In this document: positions 11,853 through 21,485 of the stretch, one piece after another
Layout: each line of letters opens with the position of its first letter
How positions within the stretch are numbered: position 1 is the first letter of the stretch
Source: Pseudomonadota bacterium
Lineage (GTDB): Bacteria; Pseudomonadota; Gammaproteobacteria; JAKAQQ01
Assembly: GCA_027338645.1 (NCBI GenBank)
Contig: DAHWSH010000056.1
Coordinates: forward strand, 173 to 64,172
Direction: 5' to 3'
Length of the DNA: 64,000 nucleotides
Made by a program: the position numbers and the translations under genes
Notes under the pieces: generated by a model
What the model saw: the letters and a program-made list of their open reading frames with translations, nothing else
Databases searched by the model: none
Told to the model about the DNA's origin: nothing

Positions 11853-13102
11853 CGGTCGATCTCCCCGAAAACGATATCCTGGGTGCCGATGATAGCCACG
11901 AGATCCGGAATCATGTGGCCACGGGCCATCTCGTCCAGGGCGGCCAGATGGGCGAACCCCGCTGCCCGGATCTTGAGGCGGTAGGGTTTGTTGGCTCCGT
12001 CGGACACGAGATAGATGCCGAATTCCCCTTTCGGGTGCTCAACCACGGCATAGGTCTCGCCCGCCGGCACGGTATAGCCTTCCGTAAACAGTTTGAAGTG
12101 GTGGATCAGCGCTTCCATGTCATGCTTCATGACCGTGCGCGGCGGCGGAGCAATCTTGTAGTCATCGAGGATCACCGGCCCCGGATGAGCCACGAGCCAG
12201 TCCAGGCATTGACTGACGATCCGGTTGGACTGGCGCATCTCCTCGATCCGCACCAGATAACGGTCGTAGCAGTCCCCTTCACGGCCAATGGGAATGTCGA
12301 ACTCGAGATCCGGATAAACCTCATAGGGTTGCGTCCGGCGGAGATCCCAGGCGATTCCCGAACCGCGAAGCATGGGACCACTGAACCCAAGCTGGAGGGC
12401 GCGTTCCGGGCTGACCACACCGATCCCGACGGTCCGCTGTTTCCAGATCCGGTTATCCGTGAGGAGGTTCTCAAACTCGTCGATGCGCCCGGGCAATCGT
12501 CCCGTGAAGTCCCGGATGAAATCGATCAGGGATCCACCGCGATTGCGATTACGTTCCCCCTGTTCCTTTTTCGACCGCCATCGGGAAGGCGCATGCTGGG
12601 GCATGCGATCAGGCAGGTCGGCATGAACTCCGCCCGGACGATAGTAGGTCGCATGCAGGCGAGCTCCCGAAACCGCCTCGTACATATCCATGATGTCTTC
12701 ACGTTCGCGGAACGCATACAAAAACACGCTCATGGCCCCGATATCCAGGGCATGGCTACCGAGCCAGAGCAGGTGGTTGGTGATGCGGGTCAGTTCATCG
12801 AAAAGCACGCGGATGTAGCGGGCCCGAATGGGAATCTCGATTCCCAGCAGTCTTTCAATGGCCAGGACGTAAGCATGCTCGTTGACCATCATGGAGACAT
12901 AATCCAGACGGTCCATATAACCGATGCTCTGGTTAAACGGCTTGCTTTCGGCCAACTTCTCAGTGGCCCGATGCAGCAGCCCGATATGGGGGTCGACCTT
13001 GCGGATCACCTCCCCATCCATCTCGAGCACCAGCCGCAATACCCCATGGGCCGCCGGATGCTGCGGACCGAAGTTCATGGTATAGCTCTGGATTTCAGTC
13101 AT
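11849..13102 (-). CDS. nuoD: NADH-quinone oxidoreductase subunit D (49 kDa)
   Basis: [31 protein letters not shown] matches the NuoD N-terminus; start trimmed to that Met, 3 nt after the nuoC stop. Confidence 0.85.
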   Translation of the reverse strand: MTEIQSYTMNFGPQHPAAHGVLRLVLEMDGEVIRKVDPHIGLLHRATEKLAESKPFNQSIGYMDRLDYVSMMVNEHAYVLAIERLLGIEIPIRARYIRVLFDELTRITNHLLWLGSHALDIGAMSVFLYAFREREDIMDMYEAVSGARLHATYYRPGGVHADLPDRMPQHAPSRWRSKKEQGERNRNRGGSLIDFIRDFTGRLPGRIDEFENLLTDNRIWKQRTVGIGVVSPERALQLGFSGPMLRGSGIAWDLRRTQPYEVYPDLEFDIPIGREGDCYDRYLVRIEEMRQSNRIVSQCLDWLVAHPGPVILDDYKIAPPPRTVMKHDMEALIHHFKLFTEGYTVPAGETYAVVEHPKGEFGIYLVSDGANKPYRLKIRAAGFAHLAALDEMARGHMIPDLVAIIGTQDIVFGEIDR

Positions 13103-13808
13103 GGGTCGGTTCCTTCTTCCCCGGATCCGTCCCTTCATAGCGGGCATCGTTGCGGATGACCCTCGGCACCAGGGTCCTCGGCGTAATGCTGACCGGCTCA
13201 TAGATCACTCGCCCCGACTCGGGGTCGTAGCGCACCTCGATCTCGCCGGACAGGGGAAAGTCTTTCCGGAAGGGATGGCCGATAAAGCCGTAGTCGGTCA
13301 GAATCCGGCGCAGATCCGGATGCCCTTCGAATAGAATCCCAAATAGATCAAAAACTTCTCTCTCAAACCAGTCCGCTGAAGCCCAGATCCCGGTGAGCGA
13401 AGGAATCACGGGTGGGCGATCGGTGGGCAGGGCCACCTTGAGGCGAAGCCGCTCATTCCGGCTGACCGAGAGAAGGTGGTAAACCACCTCGAAACGTCCG
13501 TCCGGTTGCGGGTGAACCTCGGGATCTTGAACCACCACCCGGGCACGACTGAAACCGGTTCCAGTGGCTGTCTCCGTCACCCACTCTTCTTTTCCGTAGG
13601 CCAAATAATCGACCGCAGTCACATCCATCAACTGTTCAAAGTGGAACCGGGAATCCGCCTGGAGCGTCCGGGCCACGTCAAGGAGCGTTTCGGGGGAGAG
13701 CGCCCAGCTCACCTCACCCAAGGCCGAACGGCTGACTTGGGCTTCCGGCCATTGAGACCGGATCATTCCGCACAGTTCCTGCCCCTCGTCCGCAGTCCCG
13801 TCCGCCAT
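13095..13808 (-). CDS. nuoC: NADH-quinone oxidoreductase subunit C (30 kDa)
   Basis: NuoC-like sequence ([10 protein letters not shown]..., [33 protein letters not shown]); start uncertain (Met29/31 region). Confidence 0.75.
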   Translation of the reverse strand: MADGTADEGQELCGMIRSQWPEAQVSRSALGEVSWALSPETLLDVARTLQADSRFHFEQLMDVTAVDYLAYGKEEWVTETATGTGFSRARVVVQDPEVHPQPDGRFEVVYHLLSVSRNERLRLKVALPTDRPPVIPSLTGIWASADWFEREVFDLFGILFEGHPDLRRILTDYGFIGHPFRKDFPLSGEIEVRYDPESGRVIYEPVSITPRTLVPRVIRNDARYEGTDPGKKEPTHD

Positions 13809-13813
13809 GACCA

Positions 13814-14317
13814 TCAACCGACCGGCGCCTTTTGGCGCCGGATTTTCCTTTGGAGCTGCAGAATGCCGTAGATCAAGGCTTCCGCAGTGGGAGGGCATCC
13901 CGGAACATAGACATCAACCGGAATGATCCGGTCACAACCCCGGACCACGGAATAGGAATAGTGGTAATAGCCGCCCCCATTGGCACAGGAGCCCATTGAA
14001 ATAACCCACTTGGGCTCGGGCATCTGGTCATAGAGCCTTCGGAGAGCGGGAGCCATCTTGTTCACCAAAGTCCCGGCGACGATCATGACATCGGACTGAC
14101 GGGGACTCGGCCGGAAAATCACCCCGAACTGGTCGAGATCGTAACGGGCAGCACCTGCATGCATCATCTCGACCGCACAGCAGGCGAGCCCGAAAGTCAT
14201 CGGCCAGAGCGAGCCCGTTCGGGCCCAGTTGACCAGTGCATCGAGGGTGGTCGTGGCATAACCCTGGTTACCAAATCCCTCCAAGGCTTCAGGCAACTGC
14301 TGGGCGCTCATTCCCAT
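13814..14317 (-). CDS. nuoB: NADH-quinone oxidoreductase subunit B (20 kDa, 4Fe-4S)
   Basis: [12 protein letters not shown]...[35 protein letters not shown], the classic NuoB cluster N2 ligands. Start trimmed to the Met after the nuoA stop. Confidence 0.85.
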   Translation of the reverse strand: MGMSAQQLPEALEGFGNQGYATTTLDALVNWARTGSLWPMTFGLACCAVEMMHAGAARYDLDQFGVIFRPSPRQSDVMIVAGTLVNKMAPALRRLYDQMPEPKWVISMGSCANGGGYYHYSYSVVRGCDRIIPVDVYVPGCPPTAEALIYGILQLQRKIRRQKAPVG

Positions 14318-14667
14318 TCGAGCCCTCCTTTGCCCCACTCGTAGAAGAATCCCACGACGAGCACGAGGAGAAACAACATCATGGCTCCGAATCCCGGCCA
14401 TCCGATCCGGCCCAGCGCCACAGCCCAGGGAAACAGGAAGGTGATCTCCAGATCAAACAGGATGAAAAGAATGGCCACGAGGTAATAGCGCACCTCGAAC
14501 TTCATGCGGGCATCTTCGAAGGCCTCGAATCCGCATTCGTAGGGTTGGGCTTTCGTGGCATCCGCCCGTTTCGGGCCCAGCAGAAACCCAAGGGTGAGGA
14601 GTGCCCCGCCGATCACGATGCCGACCATGAGATAAACCAGAACGGTGAGGTAGTTGGGCAACATCAA
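14308..14667 (-). CDS. nuoA: NADH-quinone oxidoreductase subunit A
   Basis: 119 aa ND3-like, three TM segments, PYECGFE motif; first gene of the operon. Confidence 0.85.
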   Translation of the reverse strand: MMLPNYLTVLVYLMVGIVIGGALLTLGFLLGPKRADATKAQPYECGFEAFEDARMKFEVRYYLVAILFILFDLEITFLFPWAVALGRIGWPGFGAMMLFLLVLVVGFFYEWGKGGLEWE

Positions 14668-14775
14668 ATCCGGCCGCGGGAACCCGGGGTTCGTCCCCTA
14701 TTTTAACCGAACCGGGTCGTTTTGTTTGCCCGATTCCGGCGCAGCGTCACCGGTTTTGATTGACGGATTCCATTC

Positions 14776-14860
14776 TGGTGCCGACGGTGAGACTCGAACT
14801 CACACGGCTTTCGCCACCGCCCCCTCAAGACGGCGTGTCTACCAATTCCACCACGTCGGC
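14776..14860 (-). tRNA. leuU: tRNA-Leu (anticodon GAG), 85 nt with long variable arm
   Basis: Reverse complement GCCGACGTGGTGGAATTGGTAGACACGCCGTCTTGAGGGGGCGGTGGCGAAAGCCGTGTGAGTTCGAGTCTCACCGTCGGCACCA. The secG-tRNA-Leu arrangement matches E. coli secG-leuU. Confidence 0.85.
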
Positions 14861-14867
14861 CAAACCG

Positions 14868-15275
14868 TCAGCGACCGGAACCTCCCGCGGGAGAAGCCGG
14901 CGTTGCCCGGCGCGGCGTCGGTACCTCTGGCGATGGTTTCAAAGGTGCCGGACGGCCAGCCGGATGGATCGGGGCCTGTGTCGGTGCGGGAGCGGGATGG
15001 CTGGATTTCACACCCGAAACCAGGCTCGGCGCCGAGGGTCCTGCCGTCTGGGTCAGGTAAGTCAGTGCCACACAGTTGGCAAAGAAGAGCAGGGCCGCAA
15101 TGGCCGTGGTCCGGCTCAGAAAGTTCGCCGCCCCACGGGCACCGAACACCGTCCCCGACGCTCCCGAACCGAACCCTGCGCCGGCATCGGCACCCTTGCC
15201 ATGCTGCAACATAATGGTGACGAGCAGGACAGCCGCCAGGATAAACTGAAAAGCGGTCAACAATTTCAGGAGCAT
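14868..15275 (-). CDS. secG: preprotein translocase subunit SecG
   Basis: MLLKLLTAFQFILAAVLLVTIMLQHGKGADAGAGFGSGASGTVFGARGAANFLSRTTAIAALLFF is typical SecG; a Gly/Pro/Ala-rich tail follows. Confidence 0.85.
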   Translation of the reverse strand: MLLKLLTAFQFILAAVLLVTIMLQHGKGADAGAGFGSGASGTVFGARGAANFLSRTTAIAALLFFANCVALTYLTQTAGPSAPSLVSGVKSSHPAPAPTQAPIHPAGRPAPLKPSPEVPTPRRATPASPAGGSGR

Positions 15276-15311
15276 TTCGAACTGGTTCCCCCTTCAAACT
15301 TTTGGGCTCGT

Positions 15312-16064
15312 TCAATCGAGAGCCCGGATCAAGGACCGACACAAGTCGGCACAGGATTCAGGATCTACTGACGAGCCTCCGACGAGAAGGCCATCGACCG
15401 CTTCCAAGGCAATGAGCGAAGCCGCATTGGCCAGGCTGACACTGCCCCCATAAAGAAGCCGAGGCTGGATGTCAATTGTAGCATTGAGCCCTGCCCAATG
15501 GCTACGGATCCCGGCAAGAACCACCTCGATCAGATCCGGGGTGGCCGCCTGACCCGTACCGATCGACCAGACCGGCTCATAGGCAATCCATAAAGCAGAC
15601 GCCGAGGACAGGCTAGCTACGCCCTCCAGGACCCCGAGCTGGCGCTTCAAAACGCGGTCGGTCTCACCTGCATCCCGCTCGTTTTCGGTTTCTCCGATAC
15701 AGAGCACCGGCGACAGCCCAGCCGCCAGGCAGCAGGCCAGTTTCCGGGACACCATCTCGTCCGTCTCGCCAAAAATCCGCCGCCGTTCCGAATGCCCGAT
15801 CAAGGCATACCGGGCACCGGCTTCAGCCAGCATGGTGGCACCGATTTCTCCGGTATAGGCTCCCTGTTCCCACGCGGCGACGTTCTGGGCGCCCAGCGTC
15901 ACCCGGGACGGATGACCCGCGAGTCGTGACCGGGCCCGTTCCATCCAGAGCGCCGGAGGCATCAAAATAATGTCGAGCCGCCCTTCCTCGGCGAGTGGGG
16001 TCATGGTCTCAATCCAGGCCTCCACACTCTCAGCGCATCCGTTGAGTTTCCAATTGGCAATCAT
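15312..16064 (-). CDS. tpiA: triosephosphate isomerase
   Basis: MIANWKLNG start; AYEPVWSIGTGQAATPD and GGSV motifs. The ORF track extends 11 codons upstream. Confidence 0.85.
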   Translation of the reverse strand: MIANWKLNGCAESVEAWIETMTPLAEEGRLDIILMPPALWMERARSRLAGHPSRVTLGAQNVAAWEQGAYTGEIGATMLAEAGARYALIGHSERRRIFGETDEMVSRKLACCLAAGLSPVLCIGETENERDAGETDRVLKRQLGVLEGVASLSSASALWIAYEPVWSIGTGQAATPDLIEVVLAGIRSHWAGLNATIDIQPRLLYGGSVSLANAASLIALEAVDGLLVGGSSVDPESCADLCRSLIRALD

Positions 16065-16093
16065 CACCTTGCGCCGACGCGAAGGGTCTGCGG

Positions 16094-17512
16094 TCATGAA
16101 GCCTGATCCCGTAGATCACACAAGCGCCCGATCAAGTGGGCCAGGGCCGGCTCGAGTCCCTGACCATCCCCTCCTTCAACCAAGATCCGCACGACCGCTT
16201 CCGTTCCGGAGGGCCGGATCAGGATCCGGGATGGCTTGCCGATGAGGCCGCGGGCATGTTCGTAATCGGGACCCAGGATCGTCTCGGCCGGTACCGGGAT
16301 TTCCCTCGGCCACGGCACGTTGACCATCCGTTGAGGATAGCGGTGGAGGTTCCGGCACAACTCGTCAAGCCTGCGCCCCTGCCGCCACATGGCCCGAAGA
16401 ACCTGCAAGGCCGAGAGCAGACCGTCTCCCGCTGGAGCAAGATCAAGATGGATGAGGTGTCCCGAGCTTTCCCCGCCCAGAACACCTCCCTCGCGTTCCA
16501 GACACGCCAGGACATGGCGGTCGCCCACGGCGCTGCGACAGAACCGGATCCCATGGCGGCCCAAACTCTCCTCGAGTCCAAGATTGCTCATCAGGGTTCC
16601 CACCACCGGGCCCTCGAGTCGGCACTCCTCCAGGCGATCCATGGCCAGTACGTAAAGTAGCCCGTCCCCATCGACGACTTCACCCCGGTGGTCCACAAAG
16701 ATGACCCGATCTCCATCACCATCAAAAGCGATTCCGCAGTCTGCGCCTTCGCGACGCACGGTTTCTGACAGGAGTTCCGGGTGGAGAGAGCCCACGCCCG
16801 CATTGATGTTTACCCCATCCGGGTGGATGCCGAGCGCAATCACCCGAGCGCCCAGCCGTTCAAAAAGCGCGGGGGCGAGCCGGTAGGTTGCTCCATGGGC
16901 ACAGTCCACGACCAAGGTGAGGCCCTGGAGACTCATCCCCTCTGGTAGCGAGGCACAGCAGAAATCCAAGTAGTCCTCACGGATTCCCTCCGGTCTCCGG
17001 ACCTGACCTAGTTCGGCGACGGGAACTGGAACCAGTGGTTCCGCCAGCTGGGCCTCGATGGCCCGCTCGATGGCATCCGGAAGTTTCTTGCCATCCGGGC
17101 CAAAAAACTTAATGCCGTTGTCGATGTAGGGGTTATGGGAGGCACTGATGACAATCCCAGCGGCCCCCCCCAGCCGGTGCGTGGCAAAGGACACGCCCGG
17201 GGTGGGAAAGGGCCCCAGCAAGAAAACGGATGCGCCCGCAGCGGAAAGTCCCGCTTCCAGTGCCGACTCGAACAGGTAACCCGAGTTGCGGGTATCCTTG
17301 CCGATCACGACTCCACGACGCGCCCCATCGCGGGTGGCGAGAACCCGACCGGCCGCCCACCCCAGCTTGAGCACCCATTCGGGTGTCATCGGTTCGGTAC
17401 CGACACGTCCGCGGATCCCATCGGTTCCGAACAGACGTCCGACTCGTCCTCCGGTTCCGCCGGACGCAGCCGGAGGCCGGACAGGTTCAGGCGGCGGCCG
17501 AGGGTTCACCAT
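16094..17512 (-). CDS. glmM: phosphoglucosamine mutase
   Basis: GRLFGTDGIRGRVG and active-site ISASHNPYIDNGIKFF motifs. Start uncertain (Met35 chosen; it overlaps the folP end). Confidence 0.8.
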   Translation of the reverse strand: MVNPRPPPEPVRPPAASGGTGGRVGRLFGTDGIRGRVGTEPMTPEWVLKLGWAAGRVLATRDGARRGVVIGKDTRNSGYLFESALEAGLSAAGASVFLLGPFPTPGVSFATHRLGGAAGIVISASHNPYIDNGIKFFGPDGKKLPDAIERAIEAQLAEPLVPVPVAELGQVRRPEGIREDYLDFCCASLPEGMSLQGLTLVVDCAHGATYRLAPALFERLGARVIALGIHPDGVNINAGVGSLHPELLSETVRREGADCGIAFDGDGDRVIFVDHRGEVVDGDGLLYVLAMDRLEECRLEGPVVGTLMSNLGLEESLGRHGIRFCRSAVGDRHVLACLEREGGVLGGESSGHLIHLDLAPAGDGLLSALQVLRAMWRQGRRLDELCRNLHRYPQRMVNVPWPREIPVPAETILGPDYEHARGLIGKPSRILIRPSGTEAVVRILVEGGDGQGLEPALAHLIGRLCDLRDQAS

Positions 17513-18314
17513 GGATCGCCTCCCAGATCCGGATTGCATCGCGGGTTTCAGCCACATCATGCACGCGGATGAGACGCGCCCCCGCCTCGAGTGCCATGAG
17601 CGCGGCGGCCACACTACCCGCCAGGCGCTTGTCCAACGGGCGTCCTGTCAGATCGCCGATCAACGACTTCCGAGAAAGCCCCACCATAAGGGGAAATCCC
17701 AACCCGGCGAAAGTCCGGAGGTTACGCATGAGCGTGAGATTGTGCGCGGGTGTTTTCCCGAACCCAAATCCCGGATCAATGGCGATCCGTTCACTCCCGA
17801 TACCCGCTGCTTGCGCCCGCTCCACGAAACCCAAAAGCGCAGAGCGCACCTCGGCCACGACCTCCCCGTAAGTCGGTGCCTCCTGCATGGTCGGCGGAGT
17901 CCCCTGCATGTGCATGAGGCAAACCGAGACCCCGCTCCGGGCGACGATCTCGCACGCTCCCGACCGTTCCAGGGCCCGGACATCGTTGATGGCGACCACT
18001 CCAAGGTCAATCACTTCGGCCATCAGAGCCGGCTGGCTGGTATCGACGATCAACGGGGCTGAACGGGAGACCAGGGCTCTCACGATGGGCAGCACTCGTT
18101 CCCGCTCTTCTGCAAGGGAGACCGGCCTGGCCCCGGGCCGGGTGGACTCGCCCCCGACTTCGATGAAATCCGCCCCCTCTTCAACCAAGGCTGTCGCCCG
18201 TCGACAGACGGCCTCTACGCTTCGGTTGCGACCGCCGTCATAGAACGAGTCCGGGGTGACATTGAGGATCCCCACGATCCGTGGTCGGGAGCAGTCCAGT
18301 GTCGCCCAGCGCAT
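17487..18314 (-). CDS. folP: dihydropteroate synthase
   Basis: IVGILNVTPDSFYDGG..., GADFIEVGGESTRPGA: pterin-binding DHPS motifs. ftsH-folP-glmM synteny as in E. coli. Confidence 0.85.
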   Translation of the reverse strand: MRWATLDCSRPRIVGILNVTPDSFYDGGRNRSVEAVCRRATALVEEGADFIEVGGESTRPGARPVSLAEERERVLPIVRALVSRSAPLIVDTSQPALMAEVIDLGVVAINDVRALERSGACEIVARSGVSVCLMHMQGTPPTMQEAPTYGEVVAEVRSALLGFVERAQAAGIGSERIAIDPGFGFGKTPAHNLTLMRNLRTFAGLGFPLMVGLSRKSLIGDLTGRPLDKRLAGSVAAALMALEAGARLIRVHDVAETRDAIRIWEAIHGEPSAAA

Positions 18315-18323
18315 CGGAGGGGA

Positions 18324-20246
18324 TCAGTGCTGGCTCGCGGGACCTCCGATGGTCCCCTCCTTGGGTGCTCCTCCGGGAGGAACCGGGGCGGCAACCACCG
18401 GCGAGCCACCCATATCATTCCAGCCCGCGGGAGGTCTCGGAACCTTGCCCGCGAGAATGTCACGGATCTGTCCGTCATCGATGGTCTCGTACTTGATCAG
18501 CGCATCGGCCATGAGATCCAGCTGGTCCCGATGCGCCGTGAGGATCGCGCGGGCCCGTTCGTAGTTTCGACTGACGATCGTTCGCACTTCCTCATCGATG
18601 ACGTGGGTCGTTTCATCCGAGACCTGCTTGTGGCGCGAGACCGCGTGTCCCAAAAACACCTCGCCTTCCTCTTCGCTGTACGCCTGGGGACCCAGACGAT
18701 CCGACAGTCCCCACTTGGTGACCATGTTGCGGGCAATCTCCGTGGCGCGCTCGATGTCATTGGACGCTCCGGTGGTCACCTGATCTGCGCCAAAGACGAT
18801 CTCTTCCGCCATCCGTCCTCCGTAAAGACTGCTGATTTGGCTTTCCAGACGCTGCTTGCTCAAGCTGTAGCGGTCGGTCTCGGGAAGAAACATGGTGACC
18901 CCGAGGGCCCGGCCGCGAGGGATGATACTCACCTTGTAGACAGGATCGTGATCCGGGACATTGAGTCCCACAATGGCATGCCCCGCCTCGTGATAAGCCG
19001 TCAAGCGCTTTTCTTTCTCACTCATGACCATCGAGCGACGTTCGATGCCCATCAGGATCTTGTCCTTGGCGCGCTCGAAATCCGCCATACCGACGGTACG
19101 CGAGTTCTTGTGTGCCGCAATCAAAGCCGCCTCATTGACGAGGTTCATGAGGTCTGCGCCAGAGAACCCGGGAGTGCCGCGGGCAATGATTTCCGGACGG
19201 ACATCATCGGCAACGGGCAGACGCCGCATGTGCACCCGGACGATCTGCTCACGCCCCCGGACATCCGGAAGTGGAACGATCACTTGGCGGTCAAACCGGC
19301 CAGGTCGGAGCAAGGCCGGATCCAGCACATCGGGCCGGTTGGTCGCAGCAATGACGATCACGCCTTCGTTTCCTGAAAAACCATCCATTTCAACCAGGAG
19401 CTGGTTCAGGGTCTGTTCGCGTTCATCATGCCCGCCGCCCAGTCCGGCACCGCGATGACGGCCGACTGCATCGATTTCGTCAATAAAGACAATACAGGGA
19501 GCATGTTTTTTGGCCTGTTCAAACATGTCGCGCACCCGCGAGGCGCCGACACCGACAAACATTTCCACGAAATCCGATCCGGAAATACTAAAGAAGGGCA
19601 CCTTGGCCTCGCCGGCGATGGCCTTGGCCAAAAGCGTCTTGCCCGTTCCCGGCGAACCGACCAGAAGAACCCCTCGTGGAATCCGTCCGCCCAGGCGCTG
19701 GAACTTTCCTGGATCTTTCAGGAAATCAACCAGTTCCATGACCTCTTCCTTGGCCTCGTCGACTCCGGCGACGTCATTGAAGGTGATCCGCACCTGATCT
19801 TCCGTCATGAGACGCGCCCGGCTCTTGCCGAAGGACATGGCACCCCGGCCACCCGCCCCCTGCATCATGCTGCGCATGAGCCACCACCACAAACCCAGCA
19901 GGAGCACAAAAGGCAGTACATCCTCGAGGAAAGTCATGAAAAAGGAGGGTTGGGGAGGCGGCTTGCCGGTGATCCGGACATGGTTTCGGTCCAGCTCGGC
20001 GATGAGCTGGGTATTGTCGGTCTGCGGGTTATACGAGTCGAAAGCAGTTCCCGACGACAACTGTCCGCTGATCCGGTTCTCCTGCAGAGTCACGGCCGTC
20101 ACGTCATGGTGCCGTACGTCCCGCATGAACTGGGAGAAGGTGATCGACTGGGTCGTTTTCGGGCTTTGACCGAAATGCATCACAAAGAAAAACAGGGCCG
20201 CCAAGACCAGCGCCCAAAGCAAAGCCGTCTTTAACCGTTCGTTCAC
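18324..20246 (-). CDS. ftsH: ATP-dependent zinc metalloprotease FtsH
   Basis: Two N-terminal TM segments; AAA Walker A GPPGTGKT becomes [18 protein letters not shown]; HEAGH zinc-binding motif; 640 aa. Confidence 0.9.
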   Translation of the reverse strand: MNERLKTALLWALVLAALFFFVMHFGQSPKTTQSITFSQFMRDVRHHDVTAVTLQENRISGQLSSGTAFDSYNPQTDNTQLIAELDRNHVRITGKPPPQPSFFMTFLEDVLPFVLLLGLWWWLMRSMMQGAGGRGAMSFGKSRARLMTEDQVRITFNDVAGVDEAKEEVMELVDFLKDPGKFQRLGGRIPRGVLLVGSPGTGKTLLAKAIAGEAKVPFFSISGSDFVEMFVGVGASRVRDMFEQAKKHAPCIVFIDEIDAVGRHRGAGLGGGHDEREQTLNQLLVEMDGFSGNEGVIVIAATNRPDVLDPALLRPGRFDRQVIVPLPDVRGREQIVRVHMRRLPVADDVRPEIIARGTPGFSGADLMNLVNEAALIAAHKNSRTVGMADFERAKDKILMGIERRSMVMSEKEKRLTAYHEAGHAIVGLNVPDHDPVYKVSIIPRGRALGVTMFLPETDRYSLSKQRLESQISSLYGGRMAEEIVFGADQVTTGASNDIERATEIARNMVTKWGLSDRLGPQAYSEEEGEVFLGHAVSRHKQVSDETTHVIDEEVRTIVSRNYERARAILTAHRDQLDLMADALIKYETIDDGQIRDILAGKVPRPPAGWNDMGGSPVVAAPVPPGGAPKEGTIGGPASQH

Positions 20247-20309
20247 GTCTTCGAACCTCCGCTGCCGAGTCCCCAGATCACCAAGGGGTGACTCTTTAGC
20301 CCTATTAGC

Positions 20310-20975
20310 CTACACCAAGCGCGGGTCCCGCGCCAAAAGGTACAGCTCCGCACTCGCTGCACGCGAAGCCTTGGGCTTCAGGATCTTGACTCTGGCGAAG
20401 CCCTCCTCGAGTGTTTCCTGCATGCGGGCACACTCCGGTCCCTGGAAAAATTTCATGAGCAGTGCCCCCCGTGGCCCAAGCCAGATCCGGGCCAGAGCAA
20501 GCGCCGCCACGCCGAGGGCGAACATGTGGGCTTGGTCGACGACCCGGTCTCCGGTCAGGTTGGGTGCCATATCGGACAAAACAAGGACGGCCGTGCCCCG
20601 CTCCAGGCCCAGTGCTTCGAGTTGCCGGGTCACGCTGGTCGTCTCCTCGAGGTCAGCCACGAGCGTTTCCACACCCGGGAGTGGACTCAGGGGCAGACGG
20701 TCAATGGCCACGAGCCGCCCCCCGCCCGTCATACGGCGGCGAACATACTGGCTCCAGCCTCCCGGTGCCGCCCCGAGATCGAGAACCAGCCCGCCGGCCG
20801 GGACGAGCCGCTCTTGTCGATCGATTTCCGCAAGCTTGAAGCTGGCCCGGGTCCGGAATCCTTCCCGGCGGGCCTTGCGGACATAGGGATCCTTCCGGTG
20901 CCGCGTCAGCCAGCCACGCGCGGTGCGACGCGTCATCCCCAGCCGGCGCTCCGATGGCCCATCCCGATCTGCCAC
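20310..20975 (-). CDS. rlmE: 23S rRNA (uridine2552-2'-O)-methyltransferase RlmE/FtsJ
   Basis: RSRASFKLAEIDRQERLV..., LDLGAAPGGWSQYV SAM-binding motif; conserved rlmE-ftsH pairing. Confidence 0.85.
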   Translation of the reverse strand: MADRDGPSERRLGMTRRTARGWLTRHRKDPYVRKARREGFRTRASFKLAEIDRQERLVPAGGLVLDLGAAPGGWSQYVRRRMTGGGRLVAIDRLPLSPLPGVETLVADLEETTSVTRQLEALGLERGTAVLVLSDMAPNLTGDRVVDQAHMFALGVAALALARIWLGPRGALLMKFFQGPECARMQETLEEGFARVKILKPKASRAASAELYLLARDPRLV

Positions 20976-20984
20976 TGGGTCTCC

Positions 20985-21485
20985 CTACTCGTAGCGGACC
21001 TCGAGGATCTCGAGATGGAGCACCCCACCTGGAACCACCACTTCCACTTCATCCCCTTCCTCTCGGCCGATCAGGGCGCGAGCCAAGGGCGAGGTATGGG
21101 ACAGCCGCCCCTGTTCCAGTTCCGCCTCGTCGACTCCGACAATTTCATAGCGGATCCGCTCATGCCGGTCCGTATTCTCGACAATCACGGTCGCCCCAAA
21201 GACCACTCGGCCATCCGGCTCCCGATCCCGGAGATCAATCACATCCGCATTCGAGAGTTTTTCCTCGATCTCGTGGATTCGGCCTTCGACAAAACTCTGC
21301 TGTTCGCGTGCGGCGTGGTATTCGGCATTTTCGCGCAGATCGCCATGCGCGCGGGCCTCGGCGATGGCCGCCACGATACGGGGTCGCTCGACTCCCTTGA
21401 GCCGCTTGAGTTCCTCGCGCAACCGCTCGGCGCCGCGTCGCGTCATCGGGTAACGGGTCAGTGCTGCAGGTCCTGGGGGATTCAA
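20985..21485 (-). CDS. greA: transcription elongation factor GreA
   Basis: [72 protein letters not shown] closely parallels E. coli GreA. True start may be the internal Met14. Confidence 0.85.
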   Translation of the reverse strand: MNPPGPAALTRYPMTRRGAERLREELKRLKGVERPRIVAAIAEARAHGDLRENAEYHAAREQQSFVEGRIHEIEEKLSNADVIDLRDREPDGRVVFGATVIVENTDRHERIRYEIVGVDEAELEQGRLSHTSPLARALIGREEGDEVEVVVPGGVLHLEILEVRYE

